Shown one piece after another: positions 11,101 through 21,681 of a DNA stretch of 64,000 nt. The DNA is from an uncultured Acidimicrobiia bacterium (lineage in GTDB: Bacteria; Acidobacteriota; Terriglobia; Versatilivoradales; Versatilivoraceae). Position numbers and translations under genes: made by a program. Position 1 is the stretch's first letter. Each line of letters starts with the position of its first letter. The notes beneath the pieces are model-generated. The model had not been told where the DNA came from, ran no database searches, and saw only the letters and a program-made list of their open reading frames with translations. The stretch lies in the NCBI GenBank assembly GCA_963786955.1, contig CAWBAT010000006.1, positions 960,001 through 1,024,000 on the forward strand, written 5' to 3'.

Positions 11101-13761
11101 GTGCCCTTGTTTTCGCAAATTGGTTGCTTTGGGTCCACCGATCAGTCAGATATCACTGTTATGACTGCTAGATATGTTGGCTCTAGGTTAAAGCAGCAGG
11201 AATCAGAGAACACACCCTCGTGTCAAGGTCTTCGGAGACAAACTGTTCTCATGTGGGGGCTGCTGCTATCGGTTCCATGGTCGGGGAGCTGCCTTATCCA
11301 AGGGTCGCCTATTATTTCCAATGTGTCCTCCCATCGCGAGGTCGGCAAATATGAGAAATTCGAGATCGCCTTCAACATTACCGGAACCGTAGCCAAGAAC
11401 TTGCAGTTACCTTATGATCCGGCTCCACCCAGTGGGATTGATCCATCCTACGACGGTCATAAAGGCATCAGTGTCGATGCAGAATTCTCACCAGATAATT
11501 GGCAGACGGTGTATCGTCAGCCTGCCTTCTTCTATCACTACTACCAAGATGGTGGGGTCAAGCCGAGTTGGGATGGGCATTCCCATGAATGGTACTATCC
11601 GACAGGAAGAATCGGCTGGAAGGTGCGTTTTTCTCCCAACCAGGTGGGGACCTGGCAGTACAGGGTTAAAGCGGTCGATGCTCGTGGCTCAACAACCTCT
11701 GGAGCATATCTATTTACGGTGAATTCTTCCGCGAAGAAAGGCTTTGTCCGGGTTAGCAAGAGAGACCCCCGTTATTTTGAGTTTGAGGATGGTACACCTT
11801 TCCTGAGCCCAGCTCTGGAAGTGCCGTTCGGGTCATTATTAATAGACCCAGTCAACTCTAACCAACCTCGACTTGCTGATCAACAACGAGACCATATTAA
11901 TCTAAACCGGGATTGGGTGAGCCAACTTTACGGGTCAGCCTGGTCCCAGTGGCTCGGTGGTCGAAACCTTTATGACGGATATCTTCCTAGAGCCGGATTA
12001 GTGCCATTTCATGATTCGATCCGCAACCGTGACCTGATGACCATGTACATCCAGTATCCACAGGATTGGTTTGACGCCTGCCAGTGGGAAGGTTGGCATG
12101 GTGCCGAAGCTGTCAAAACAAATACGACCTACAAGCTGATGATCAAATACTGGGGGTATGATATTACGGGCCCGCGCGTTGCGGGAAAAACCCAGTTTGG
12201 CTTGATCGGAAAGATCACCCCAGGCTCGGCGGGCAACTGTTATGAACCAGGGACCGGAATTGTAGTCACCAATCATGGAGGGAATACGTCCGATTGGGGA
12301 ACTATTGAGGGGACTTGGTACTCCGGCAGCAACAACTTCCTTCCGAAGGTTTCTCTTGGACTTGAGAACGTGACTCAGGGTAAGGCATTCGTTCTCTCCA
12401 TCTCCCTGAAAGAGGTGCTTGGAGCCGGACAGTATGGACCGGAGATCTTGCACGAATCATCTATGGAATACGAGTTGAATTTCCCCGATCTTGGGCTCTA
12501 TGCCATGGACAAGTACGTAGAGTTGGCAGAGGCACATGACATTTACCTCAAGCTTGTCATCATGGAAAAAAATGACCTCATCTATAAAAAGTTGGCTGAT
12601 GACGGCACGTTCGCCAAGGAAGACAATTCGGGTGGGTTTTATGGCTTGGGCCGTGGCATGAACAAGACGCGCTGGCTGCAGCAGGCCTGGTGGCGATATG
12701 CACAGGCGCGCTGGGGGTATTCGCTAAGTATCCATTCGTGGGAGCTCACCAACGAGGGCGACCCGTTCCTGACCAAGCACTGGGAGATGACAGATGAATT
12801 CGGCAAATTCATGCATTGTGGGGCATTCGGTGTAATGGTAGGTGCTGGGGATTCCAAACCTTGTACCTTGGAACATCCTAACCGGCATATGGTGACGACC
12901 TCCTTTTGGCACAGCTTCCCAGGTTACGACTCACAATTGGGGAAAGGCTTTTGGGGGAACCCGAAGTACCCAAATGTCGACTATGCTGATGGTCACGCTT
13001 ATATTGCCACAAGCCCCGCCCCTGATGCCGACAAGATCCTCATGCAAGAGGACGCGGCTTACTATCATCTTTGGCACAGCAAAGAATGGGGGGGGTGGAA
13101 ACTGAAGTTCCCTGTAGTGCGGGGCGAAGCAGGAATGGTTCCCTATAATGGGAGTACGGATGACTGGGCGGGACTCGGGCTTCAAAAAGATACTCAAGGG
13201 GTGTGGTACCACGACTTTTTGTGGTCGAGTTTGGATAGTGGGGGATTGTATGAGACTTATTGGTATGGTGTTCCTCACGTCTACGACGCGGGTGTCTATG
13301 ATCATCGGCCTGCGGCCCTGACGTTAAACAATTTTATGAGAGGCGTCCCTTTGAATAATGGACTTTATCGGGACCTGGCCGCGGCGGTGTCGGCACCGAA
13401 CTTGCGCGTGGTAGGCCAGAAAGACCTAAAGAACGGGAATGCTCATATGTGGATCCAGAACAAGAACCATACATGGAGGAATGTTGCCCAAGGGGCGAGC
13501 ATTCCGCCAGAGTCAGGGATGATCCGAATCGGGGGGTTTGTCCCAGGCAAAAATTACGCACTTGAATGGTGGGACACTTACAAGACGACGGGACAGGTAA
13601 CATCCACGCAATTGATCACTTCAGCGTCCGACGGAACATTAACAATTTCGGTCCCGCCGCTTAAATCCGATATAGCCTTGAAGATTTTTGCTAACTCCAT
13701 CTCACTCCCCCCTGCGAATGGGGTAGACCTTTCATCTGAAATGAGCCTGAAAAAACCATGA
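11101..13761 (+). CDS. Secreted DUF5060-domain / GH5-like (clan GH-A) glycoside hydrolase; true start probably 11161 or later
   Basis: YEKFEI..., WKVRFSP...G.WQY and GFVRVS..DPRYFEFEDG (DUF5060-like); WELTNE acid/base-like motif and GEAG nucleophile-like motif. Confidence 0.65.
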   Translation: MPLFSQIGCFGSTDQSDITVMTARYVGSRLKQQESENTPSCQGLRRQTVLMWGLLLSVPWSGSCLIQGSPIISNVSSHREVGKYEKFEIAFNITGTVAKNLQLPYDPAPPSGIDPSYDGHKGISVDAEFSPDNWQTVYRQPAFFYHYYQDGGVKPSWDGHSHEWYYPTGRIGWKVRFSPNQVGTWQYRVKAVDARGSTTSGAYLFTVNSSAKKGFVRVSKRDPRYFEFEDGTPFLSPALEVPFGSLLIDPVNSNQPRLADQQRDHINLNRDWVSQLYGSAWSQWLGGRNLYDGYLPRAGLVPFHDSIRNRDLMTMYIQYPQDWFDACQWEGWHGAEAVKTNTTYKLMIKYWGYDITGPRVAGKTQFGLIGKITPGSAGNCYEPGTGIVVTNHGGNTSDWGTIEGTWYSGSNNFLPKVSLGLENVTQGKAFVLSISLKEVLGAGQYGPEILHESSMEYELNFPDLGLYAMDKYVELAEAHDIYLKLVIMEKNDLIYKKLADDGTFAKEDNSGGFYGLGRGMNKTRWLQQAWWRYAQARWGYSLSIHSWELTNEGDPFLTKHWEMTDEFGKFMHCGAFGVMVGAGDSKPCTLEHPNRHMVTTSFWHSFPGYDSQLGKGFWGNPKYPNVDYADGHAYIATSPAPDADKILMQEDAAYYHLWHSKEWGGWKLKFPVVRGEAGMVPYNGSTDDWAGLGLQKDTQGVWYHDFLWSSLDSGGLYETYWYGVPHVYDAGVYDHRPAALTLNNFMRGVPLNNGLYRDLAAAVSAPNLRVVGQKDLKNGNAHMWIQNKNHTWRNVAQGASIPPESGMIRIGGFVPGKNYALEWWDTYKTTGQVTSTQLITSASDGTLTISVPPLKSDIALKIFANSISLPPANGVDLSSEMSLKKP

Positions 13762-15056
13762 GCCTACGTGTGCTTCTAGTTGGTCCGCCCGACCCACATT
13801 TCGAAGATCTCAAAGCTGCTCTAGAGCAAGCCGGATTCTTGACTAAGACTGCAGCCAATGGAATCGACGGGCTCAAAGCCGGCTGCGATTTTAGGCCCCA
13901 TCTCGTTATCTCGGAAGTCGTCTTGAGCGGAATGGATGGACTCGAGTTTTGCTCCCGAATCAGCAAAGCGGAAGGATTTCACACCCAAGTCATCTTTTAT
14001 TCACGGTCCTATCGCGACGCAAAATCGCGTGGCGAAATCATCCACAACCACGGCGCCCTTCACTACTTTGTGAATCCATTTCAAAAGGGCGACCTTTGGG
14101 AAGCAGTCACAAATTCGCTCAATGAAATGGATCCTCAAAATGAAAAAGTTAAGGTTAAAGGAGAGCAAGCTCTTTCCCAGCATGAGAATTCCAGAAATTT
14201 GAGGACGGGCGCGCAATGGCCTGTGGAAACAGCATCAGGAGCTGAATATGGGACCCCCGAACCTAGCCTAATTAAAACGACAACTGCTTTAGCGGATCAT
14301 TCCCCTCCTCCCCCACCAAAACTAAGAAAACTAGAGGTCCCATCTCCCATATCGGAAAGCCCACCGCAAGTTAAGACCATCGGATCCGGATTGCGTCAAA
14401 CTGAAACCCCAGCCATAGCTCTAGAGTCGTCTTTCTTGGTCGCCTTCGAGAACAAGGCACGCTCAATCCCAAAACTCAGAAAGATGATGACCCAGCCAGG
14501 GATGCTCCCCAAGACTAAGATTCGACCATAATCTCCGGCCTGCGATGAATCTCCTAGAATTCCTGTAATTCCAATTGCCGGTGAACCAGTAGTTGCCCTT
14601 CCTCGAGAACTTCCTTTTTCTCGAAGAACACCTGTCCTCATCGGTGGAATGGTAGTGATTGTGGTATTGGCATTTTCTGTGACCACTCGGTTCTGGACAT
14701 CTCGACTGGATCGGCCTGCAGTTTCAATCCCAAATTCAGATTTTCCCCAATCATCGGAAAATCAGACTTCGCCTCTGAACGAAGACAAATTGGAGATTTC
14801 AGCGGCTCCGACCGCCTTAATGCAGCCGACAAGATCAGACGCCGAAGCCAGCGGGGCCGTGATTCAGTGCTTGAAGAATTCGAAATCGGATCAGCCTAAC
14901 CCTCACTCGACCTCTGCAGTCAAGCATCCGGATCAGCGGCAACTTAGAGAACTCGGGAGGTCGAAACACGAGGGACCTTCTTCTTCGAGCTCCGTGGGGT
15001 TGGTGATCAACGACGTTAGCCTCGCGAAAAGGCAGCTCTTTAGAGCCACATTGTAA
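13758..15056 (+). pseudogene. Receiver-domain membrane protein (REC, Pro-rich linker, TM helix) with an in-frame TAA at 14529-14531, apparently cut by the downstream IS remnant
   Basis: Atypical REC N-terminus. ORF 14649..15056 is in the same frame and the 39 codons between the two ORFs are open (SPACDESPRIPV...). Confidence 0.6.
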
Positions 15057-15086
15057 CAATAAGATGCCTTGGGCCGCCACTCCCCG

Positions 15087-15900
15087 AATCGCGCAAGCTA
15101 AAATGTAACTCTGCAGCTCTGCCTCCGGCGACTGCTGTCATTCGCTGAACCTCACCGACATCCACACCACCTGGGTCGAGACGCGTGCCGTGCTAGGCAA
15201 AGGGCAAGAAGGAGTTCGTTGCGCCATGGAAACCATCCGTCAAGCGTTACCGTTTAAACTGCTGGGCATTGACTCCGACAACGGCTCGGAATTTATCAAT
15301 GCTCATCTCTATCGCTATTGTCAGGCCCTCGAGATCCAATTCACTCGTGGCCGTCCTTACAAGAAAGATGACAATGCTCACATCGAGCAAAAGAACTGGA
15401 CTCACGTGCGTCGCCTGTTAGGCTACGAGCGTTATGATTCTCCCACCGCCTTGGAGGCCCTCAACGATCTCTACTCCCACCCCCTGCGGTTGTTTCAAAA
15501 CTTGTTCCTCCCCTCGGTGAAATTGCGACGCAAGATTCGAGTCGGCTCGAAACTAAAACGGATCTATGATTCGCCTCAGACTCCCTTCCAACGTGTGTGT
15601 GCCTCCAAACAGGCCATCCCCGCTAAAGTCGCTCAGCTCCAACATTGGCGGGATACGCTGGATCCTTTCGAGCTCTCTCAGCAGATTGAACAAAAACTGG
15701 AGCAGATCTTTCAACTCAGCCGCTCTCAAACAGTTTCTAAAGACGTCGGTGATCCACAATTTTCACAGTTTTCCACAATCATTCACAGAAAGAAAAAAGA
15801 ACCAAAAAAGAAAGAATGAAGGACTGCTACTACGATCTCGGGTTACATTTTATTTTGCTCTATGACTATTCTCAAAGTTACATTCTTAAATTGCGTGACA
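15087..15900 (+). mobile_element. Internally deleted IS (ISNCY/IS481-like DDE integrase-core transposase)
   Basis: ORF 15190..15819 has DSDNGSEF and RPYKKDDNAHIEQKN. Right end has two GTTACATT subrepeats and ends TTGCGTGACA; left end is degenerate (AATCGCGCAAGCTAAAATGTAACT). CTCCCCG occurs on both flanks. Confidence 0.8.
15190..15819 (+). pseudogene. Transposase C-terminal fragment (integrase catalytic domain)
   Basis: In-frame upstream residues SLNLTDIHTTWVETRAV show the ORF is an N-terminally truncated piece. Confidence 0.8.
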
Positions 15901-16436
15901 GGCTCCCCGTTTAGCCAAAGAATCCGCACTACTGCAGCCATCCTCTGTCACTCCCGCCTTCCTCTCCTCTCCCAAACATTGCTCTAATCTTCTGGCTCCC
16001 TTTCAGCTTCAATATTCCTCTTAGTAAGCTAGGTCAGAGCTGCTATCAACTCGATCAAACCTGTGGGGGAGCCTGTTTGTCTCTCCAGGCAGATCAATCA
16101 TCAGTGACTCCAGGTCTGACCGTGTTCCGAGTCTTTCACCAAGAGTCTTTCCACTGGACGTTGTGCAGTGCCCTTTCCAGGTGCTACAAAGCAGTCTAGC
16201 CATCTAATTTTCACAGGCTAGCGGCTTCGCTTCAATGCCTGGGGGTTCTCGAACCATGCCGCACTTCCCCTTAACCTACGAACCTATGTATGCACAGGGA
16301 GAATCCGCTTTGGGATGATGGATCTTCTTTGGAAGTGAAGGATTCTTGCAAATGCTTTTTGTACGGCATTGACTGCCGGGCGGATGTCTATTAGACTCAC
16401 CTTCACGCAATTCAAAAGAGAAGGAGAAACGTACCC

Positions 16437-17567
16437 ATGCGACGACGAAAAAGCTTCTTGGTTGGCAGTCTGGTCATCTTTTACGGATTGATGAATTCGA
16501 TCACGCCCATCCAGGCGCATCGAGCACTGAATTTATTAGTTGAGAACCCACCGCAGGCGCCTACCTACCCTGCAGTATCCTCTTCGGCCCCCGGGATCAG
16601 CGGCCAGGGGAAGTTGCGATTCAAGTTGCTCTATACCTCCGACCTTCTCCCCGAAGCGGCCAAGAAGGTGTTGATTTCCGCTCATGGCGGCTTTGCCGTG
16701 GATCATCGTGGCGGAAAGGAAGAAACTTATTTTTCTTTGCCTGGAGCCGGGATTCTCCAGATCAGCGCCGACATGAAGAACGTGCAACTGCTGGAGACTG
16801 CAGCCGACATGAAGACTCTCAATCTGCATAACACCAAGATCTGGTATAGCAAAGAGGGGACTGCGTATTTGGCTTTTCCCGCTAACGATGCAGGAAAGGT
16901 CTTCACAACGAGTGTTGATGGAAAATTGCTTCACACGCTCAACACTCCAACCGCAGCGGACAACTTTGCAATTCCGGCAGTCACCGATTATTTTGCCGGG
17001 AAGGGCAATTTTGTTCCAACAGACGTGGAGTATCTGGATGGGCTTTATTACATCGCTACAGGGTATTCCGCCCTCGACTACATCTTGACGGCACGGATTA
17101 CGAATCTGAATCCCTTTATGGCCATTTGGAATGATCTGGCTTTTGGCGGGAAAGGAACCGGACCCGGCCAGTTCGGAACTGCCCACGGCATTACGATCCC
17201 ACCAGGTACGCAACGCATCGATATAGCCGATCGCCCCAATTCAGAAATTGATCGGTTTACCCGCTACGGACAATATCTCTCCACTCTCAAAATGCCCATG
17301 GGCTCATTGCCTTGCGACATTGATTTCTTAGATCAATACGCGGTCGTTGCCGCTCTCGATGGGCCAGACAAAAGCAAAGGCGCGCCTGTCTACCTCCTCC
17401 AGAATGACCAGCTTGTTTCCACGATCATGCCTAAGGAAGATCTTGGGCTGATTAACTTCAAACACAACCATAATGCTGTCCTTCGCAAGGCGGGGAACAA
17501 ACTCTATATCATCGTCCAGGCCTGGAATCCGGGAGACTTTGCGATTCTGGAACAAGTGACGGAATAG
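16437..17567 (+). CDS. Secreted NHL-like beta-propeller protein
   Basis: Signal peptide, RBS AAGGAG, and HGGFAVD, PTDV, GQFGTAHGI and IADRPN motifs. Confidence 0.6.
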   Translation: MRRRKSFLVGSLVIFYGLMNSITPIQAHRALNLLVENPPQAPTYPAVSSSAPGISGQGKLRFKLLYTSDLLPEAAKKVLISAHGGFAVDHRGGKEETYFSLPGAGILQISADMKNVQLLETAADMKTLNLHNTKIWYSKEGTAYLAFPANDAGKVFTTSVDGKLLHTLNTPTAADNFAIPAVTDYFAGKGNFVPTDVEYLDGLYYIATGYSALDYILTARITNLNPFMAIWNDLAFGGKGTGPGQFGTAHGITIPPGTQRIDIADRPNSEIDRFTRYGQYLSTLKMPMGSLPCDIDFLDQYAVVAALDGPDKSKGAPVYLLQNDQLVSTIMPKEDLGLINFKHNHNAVLRKAGNKLYIIVQAWNPGDFAILEQVTE

Positions 17568-17688
17568 ATTGCTAAAGAAACCATTCTCCCAGCCGGATCA
17601 AAAGTGGAGCAGCGAAGTCCGCCGTTTGGCGGGCTTCGCTCTCCCCTGATGTGCAGGCCCCCTTGTATATTCTTTCTCGAGTAGGGAA

Positions 17689-17830
17689 TGTGAAAGAATT
17701 GGGTTCGGTGTCGCTCTTCGAGTGGTCCCCTTGGTTAAGGGGGACTCCAGGGAGTAAGGTAGGGCGGTCTCGCTGAGACCGCCGACTCCACTTTGGGTAT
17801 GGCGGCGCGCACGGCGTGCGCGCCCTACCA
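17689..17830 (+). repeat. ~140-bp dispersed repeat containing a GTAG-type REP doublet (inverted copy at 60700..60843)
   Basis: GTAGGGCGGTCTCGCTGAGACCGCC ... GGCGCGCACGGCGTGCGCGCCCTAC; near-identical reverse complement at 60.7 kb. Confidence 0.9.
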
Positions 17831-18189
17831 GAGCGACCACCCCCTTGCCCCCTCCTTAGCTAAGGAGGGGAACCAAAATTGAATTCCTTCACACCTCCCC
17901 TCTCCCGCGCTGGGGAGAGGGGAGCCAAAATTCTTTATCTTGCCTGGAGGGTGGAGCTCTGCGACGCTTGCTTGGTAGCGATAGGCCTCCTGGCCTGTCG
18001 AGCCCTAGGTCTCGCGGGAACTCGACCAAGGCCGTTCTCCTGCTCAAAGACCAGCAGATTAGAACACTGGTAATTTCTCCAAACTCCCAGTAGCATATTT
18101 TTATCTCACTGGACGAATAGTGGATCCTCTCTTTCCAGTGTTTCTACCCCATTCTTAGAAGAACCCCAATCTCTGCGAGGGATGCATTC

Positions 18190-20022
18190 ATGGTCACGAT
18201 CAAACTCGAAAGTAAATCCAGATTCGTTTTCTTTTCTGCACTCACCTTGGCATTATTGTCTAGCGCAAACCTGCCGCAAACAATTCATTCTCAGGAAACT
18301 GCTCCAGGAGAACATAAGAAAGAACAACTCCAGACATTTGCTCTGGAAACCTATGCCCGGCGCAGCTTCAATTATTGCAACCGCATGGTGGGCAAAGACG
18401 GCCTGCCCTACTTTAACATCTTCTGGACGGAGCCCGCCGAAGCCGCCCACGATTGGCCGGATTTCGGAGATGGGATGCCTCGTCAGTTTCAGGCTGTCGT
18501 GATGGCCCGGCATATGACCGGTGAGACTTTGCCCATTGAAGCGGTCTGGCGGCAGAAGATCCTCAATCTGATCGATCCGGAGACTGGACTACTCACGCGG
18601 CCTCAGACAAGCTACTCGAAAAAGGTTACAGACGAAGGCGATCAGGCGCTCGCTCTTTACGCGCTCGTGACAGCTTATGCCGACAAACCCGATGAAGAGC
18701 TAAAAAGAATAATTTTTAAGATGACGGATGCCTTGCTTGACCGCGCCCTGAAGGGAAACATCGACAAAAAGAATTTCACCCGAGGATTCATTCTCAAAAG
18801 TCTCATGGCATGCGTTCGGGTGCTCGGCTACGAGCCGGCCTTGCGGCTTGCCGAGATCAATATCCGATTGGTCTTTGACGATAATCCATTGTTTACGCCT
18901 GACAACACTTTCAAGCACGGTGGCCACATGCACGGGAATCTGCGCACGTTGGTCGGGGCCGCAGATTATGCGCTATACGTCAAAGACCCCGTGCTCTACA
19001 GCCGCGTGCATGCGCTCTATCGTTATGTCCGGTCAGAAGCCACCCGATTTGGGTTTCTTCCCGAAGTCATCGGACGCAAAGGGGACATCGTGGGGACCGA
19101 GACCTGCGCCCTCATGGATTACGTTGGCCTGGCGGTTACCTTGGCCAACCATGGTCATCCTGAATATTGGGGTGATGTCGAGCGGTTCGTTCGCAACCAA
19201 CTGGTAGAGAGCCAGGCCCATAACTTGGTCTGGCTAAAATCGGACCCGGCCCGACCAGATACTGGGCAATTCACTTGGAACGACATCGCCGGGCGGATGG
19301 AAGGCGGATGGGCCGGTTGGAGTTCGCCGACTCACTTGCTCGCCGCTCGCGAAAGTCTCGACCACCATTGGGGAGGCCCTGAATTGCACGGCAAGACGCG
19401 AGCCTTCCAGAACTGCTGCGGTGGATCAGGCATTCACGCCCTGTTTATTGCGTGGAAGAACGCGGCCCGCTTCCGCGACGGCACTCTATCGGTTGACCTC
19501 CATATGGATAAACAGTTGCCGCAAGCCGAGATCCGGAGTTATCAGCCGTTCAAAGGATTGCTGACCATTCATATGAAAGAAACTTGCGCCGTGCGTGTGC
19601 GTATCCCCGATTTTGTCGAAGCCAGTACCGTGGTCGTGGAAGCGAATGGAGCCAAAGTGCAGGCAAAGGCTTTCGGAAATTATCTCGATCTGGGGCAACG
19701 GTCACCAGGTGAATTGATAAGAATAAGTTACCCGCTCCCTGTCACGTCTGAAGAGGTTGAAATCGGAAATCCAGGCTTCCGGCATTATCGCTATCGGGTC
19801 ACTTGGAAAGGGGATACGGTCATCCGGATGGAGCCGCTGGGGAAGGAATATACGACAGGCTATTCCGAATTCGACAATAAGCAGGTACCCATCTTTTACG
19901 GGAATGAGGGGCCAAGTCCGCTTTATCAACGCAAACAGTTCGAACTTGATACGGAGCCGTCGCCCTCAGCACTTTACAACGACAATGGAACTCTGGATTT
20001 CTGGGCGAACTTAGGAAAATGA
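18190..20022 (+). CDS. Secreted GH127/GH146-like (beta-L-arabinofuranosidase-like) protein
   Basis: Signal peptide; ETC and NCCGG Zn-ligand-like motifs; VRVRIP in the C-terminal beta-sandwich. Confidence 0.65.
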   Translation: MVTIKLESKSRFVFFSALTLALLSSANLPQTIHSQETAPGEHKKEQLQTFALETYARRSFNYCNRMVGKDGLPYFNIFWTEPAEAAHDWPDFGDGMPRQFQAVVMARHMTGETLPIEAVWRQKILNLIDPETGLLTRPQTSYSKKVTDEGDQALALYALVTAYADKPDEELKRIIFKMTDALLDRALKGNIDKKNFTRGFILKSLMACVRVLGYEPALRLAEINIRLVFDDNPLFTPDNTFKHGGHMHGNLRTLVGAADYALYVKDPVLYSRVHALYRYVRSEATRFGFLPEVIGRKGDIVGTETCALMDYVGLAVTLANHGHPEYWGDVERFVRNQLVESQAHNLVWLKSDPARPDTGQFTWNDIAGRMEGGWAGWSSPTHLLAARESLDHHWGGPELHGKTRAFQNCCGGSGIHALFIAWKNAARFRDGTLSVDLHMDKQLPQAEIRSYQPFKGLLTIHMKETCAVRVRIPDFVEASTVVVEANGAKVQAKAFGNYLDLGQRSPGELIRISYPLPVTSEEVEIGNPGFRHYRYRVTWKGDTVIRMEPLGKEYTTGYSEFDNKQVPIFYGNEGPSPLYQRKQFELDTEPSPSALYNDNGTLDFWANLGK

Positions 20023-20055
20023 ATAGGTGTGGCGAAGCATTCGTGAACGAATGGA

Positions 20056-20099
20056 GTAGGGGCGAAGCATTCGTCAGCCGACAGATGCTTCGCCCCTAC
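20056..20099. repeat. GTAG...CTAC REP-like hairpin
   Basis: GTAGGGGCGAAGCAT ... ATGCTTCGCCCCTAC (15-bp arms), with a partial arm copy just upstream. Confidence 0.8.
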
Positions 20100-20304
20100 T
20101 ATCTCACTTGGCCCGGTAAAACCAATCCCCTGCCCTTAAGATACTTCTGCATTTTGCGTTATAATATTATAGAAATACCGAAGCTCAAACTACCCTTTCG
20201 GCCTCAATTCAAGTGGAGGTTTCGAGCTCGTTTGCGGCTTCAAGAAGAACTTCATTCGATTGCTAGCATGCACGATCAAGCGAGCCACCCTGAGGAGGAG
20301 TAAA

Positions 20305-21615
20305 ATGAAATCACGCGAAACGTTGGGAAAAATGTTAGATCAATTTCAGATTTCTCGAAAAGTCTATATTGTATTGGGAATCCTTTGTCTCTCCATATCA
20401 CCCGTACGAGCCCAAAACGAGAGAAGAGCTGACCTGTCAAATCTGGTCGTGATTGGCGATTCGCTGGCGGCCGGATTTCAAAACGGTTCCCTTTTGGATG
20501 TGCAACAAGTTCATGGGTTCGCATCACTTGTAGCCGCTCAAGCCCAAGTGCAGTTACCACTGCCTCTCATCGCCTTCCCAGGAATTCCAAACGTAATTAC
20601 CAGCGTTACTCTCGGCCCTCCCCCGGTCATCCAAACGGCACCAGGTGTTTCGACGGGCAGGACCAATCCGCTGGTCCAGCCTAAAAACCTGGCAGTCCCT
20701 GGGGCAACCGTCCAGGATGCCCTGACTACGAGGCCCACCTGTATACCTGGGAGCCCTACCATAACAGACTTAGTGCTAGGGCTGCCCGCACCATGTCTGG
20801 GTCTCGGATTCCCTCTAAGCCAGATTGAATGGGCAGAGGCGTTGCATCCAACAACTGTCATCGTGTGGTTGGGTAGTGAAGATGCATTGAAAGCCGTTTT
20901 CAGCGGAACCAGTGCAGCTCTTACCCCACCCTCCGCTTTCGCGACTGCGTACGCCGAAGTGATGGTCAGGCTGGCAGGCACTGGCGCAAAATTGGTAGCA
21001 GCCAATGTCCCTGATGTTACGGATATTCCATATCTCACCTCGGCTCCTGTTGCCGCAAACTTGTTCGAAGTCCCGCCCCAGCTGTTCCAGCTGTTCTTGA
21101 TCAAGCTTGGAATTGGCCCAGCCGATTTGCTCACTCCGGATGCTTTTGCATTGATTGGACCTATTTTGCTCAATCAGATTCCTGGACCGCTACCCTCTAA
21201 CGTTGTTCTGGATGCAACAGAAATCCTGGCAATCCGTTCGACCACGCAGGCTTACAACGAAATTATTGCGAATCAGGCGGGTGCACGCGGTGCTGCTCTT
21301 GTCGACGTCGCAGCACTCTACAATTCCATCAAGGCCAAAGGTGTCGTGGTAGGAGGGCAGCGGCTTACGGCGGATTTGTTTGGCGGCATTTTTTCGTTGG
21401 ATGGTATTCATCCAACCAATACCGGATTCGCCATCATCGCCAATGAATTCATCAAAGCATTGAATACCTCTTTTACCGCTGGAATCCCGCCTCTTCCCGT
21501 GCGTCAGATACAAAAAGACGACCCTCTCGTCTTTCCCGGAGTCGGTCATCCTGCTTCAGCTCTGGGGGTTATCAGCCCCACAATAGTTCAATCGCTACGC
21601 TCAGTCTTACGGTAG
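20305..21615 (+). CDS. Secreted SGNH/GDSL hydrolase
   Basis: GDSLAAG, NLAVPGA and DGIHP motifs; RBS GAGGAG before ATG 20305. Confidence 0.9.
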   Translation: MKSRETLGKMLDQFQISRKVYIVLGILCLSISPVRAQNERRADLSNLVVIGDSLAAGFQNGSLLDVQQVHGFASLVAAQAQVQLPLPLIAFPGIPNVITSVTLGPPPVIQTAPGVSTGRTNPLVQPKNLAVPGATVQDALTTRPTCIPGSPTITDLVLGLPAPCLGLGFPLSQIEWAEALHPTTVIVWLGSEDALKAVFSGTSAALTPPSAFATAYAEVMVRLAGTGAKLVAANVPDVTDIPYLTSAPVAANLFEVPPQLFQLFLIKLGIGPADLLTPDAFALIGPILLNQIPGPLPSNVVLDATEILAIRSTTQAYNEIIANQAGARGAALVDVAALYNSIKAKGVVVGGQRLTADLFGGIFSLDGIHPTNTGFAIIANEFIKALNTSFTAGIPPLPVRQIQKDDPLVFPGVGHPASALGVISPTIVQSLRSVLR

Positions 21616-21669
21616 GGCGGTCTCGCTGAGACCGCCGAGCTTGCGGCGCGCACGGCGTGCGCGCCCTAC
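21612..21669. repeat. GTAG-type REP doublet overlapping the GDSL stop codon, between convergent genes
   Basis: Same two hairpins as 17759..17828. Confidence 0.9.
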
Positions 21670-21681
21670 CCACTGCAGCCT

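Noticed and set aside
15910-16430. Possible riboswitch, ncRNA or tRNA in long intergenic regions (also 29.1-29.7, 54.4-55.1 and 61.3-61.6 kb)
   Set aside because: No recognisable consensus or cloverleaf by eye; an Rfam/tRNAscan search would be needed.
17598-17840. Similar short ORFs at 17598..17840 and 60555..60956, and at 52359..52814 and 55173..55628
   Set aside because: The similarity comes from dispersed palindromic DNA repeats, not from protein genes.
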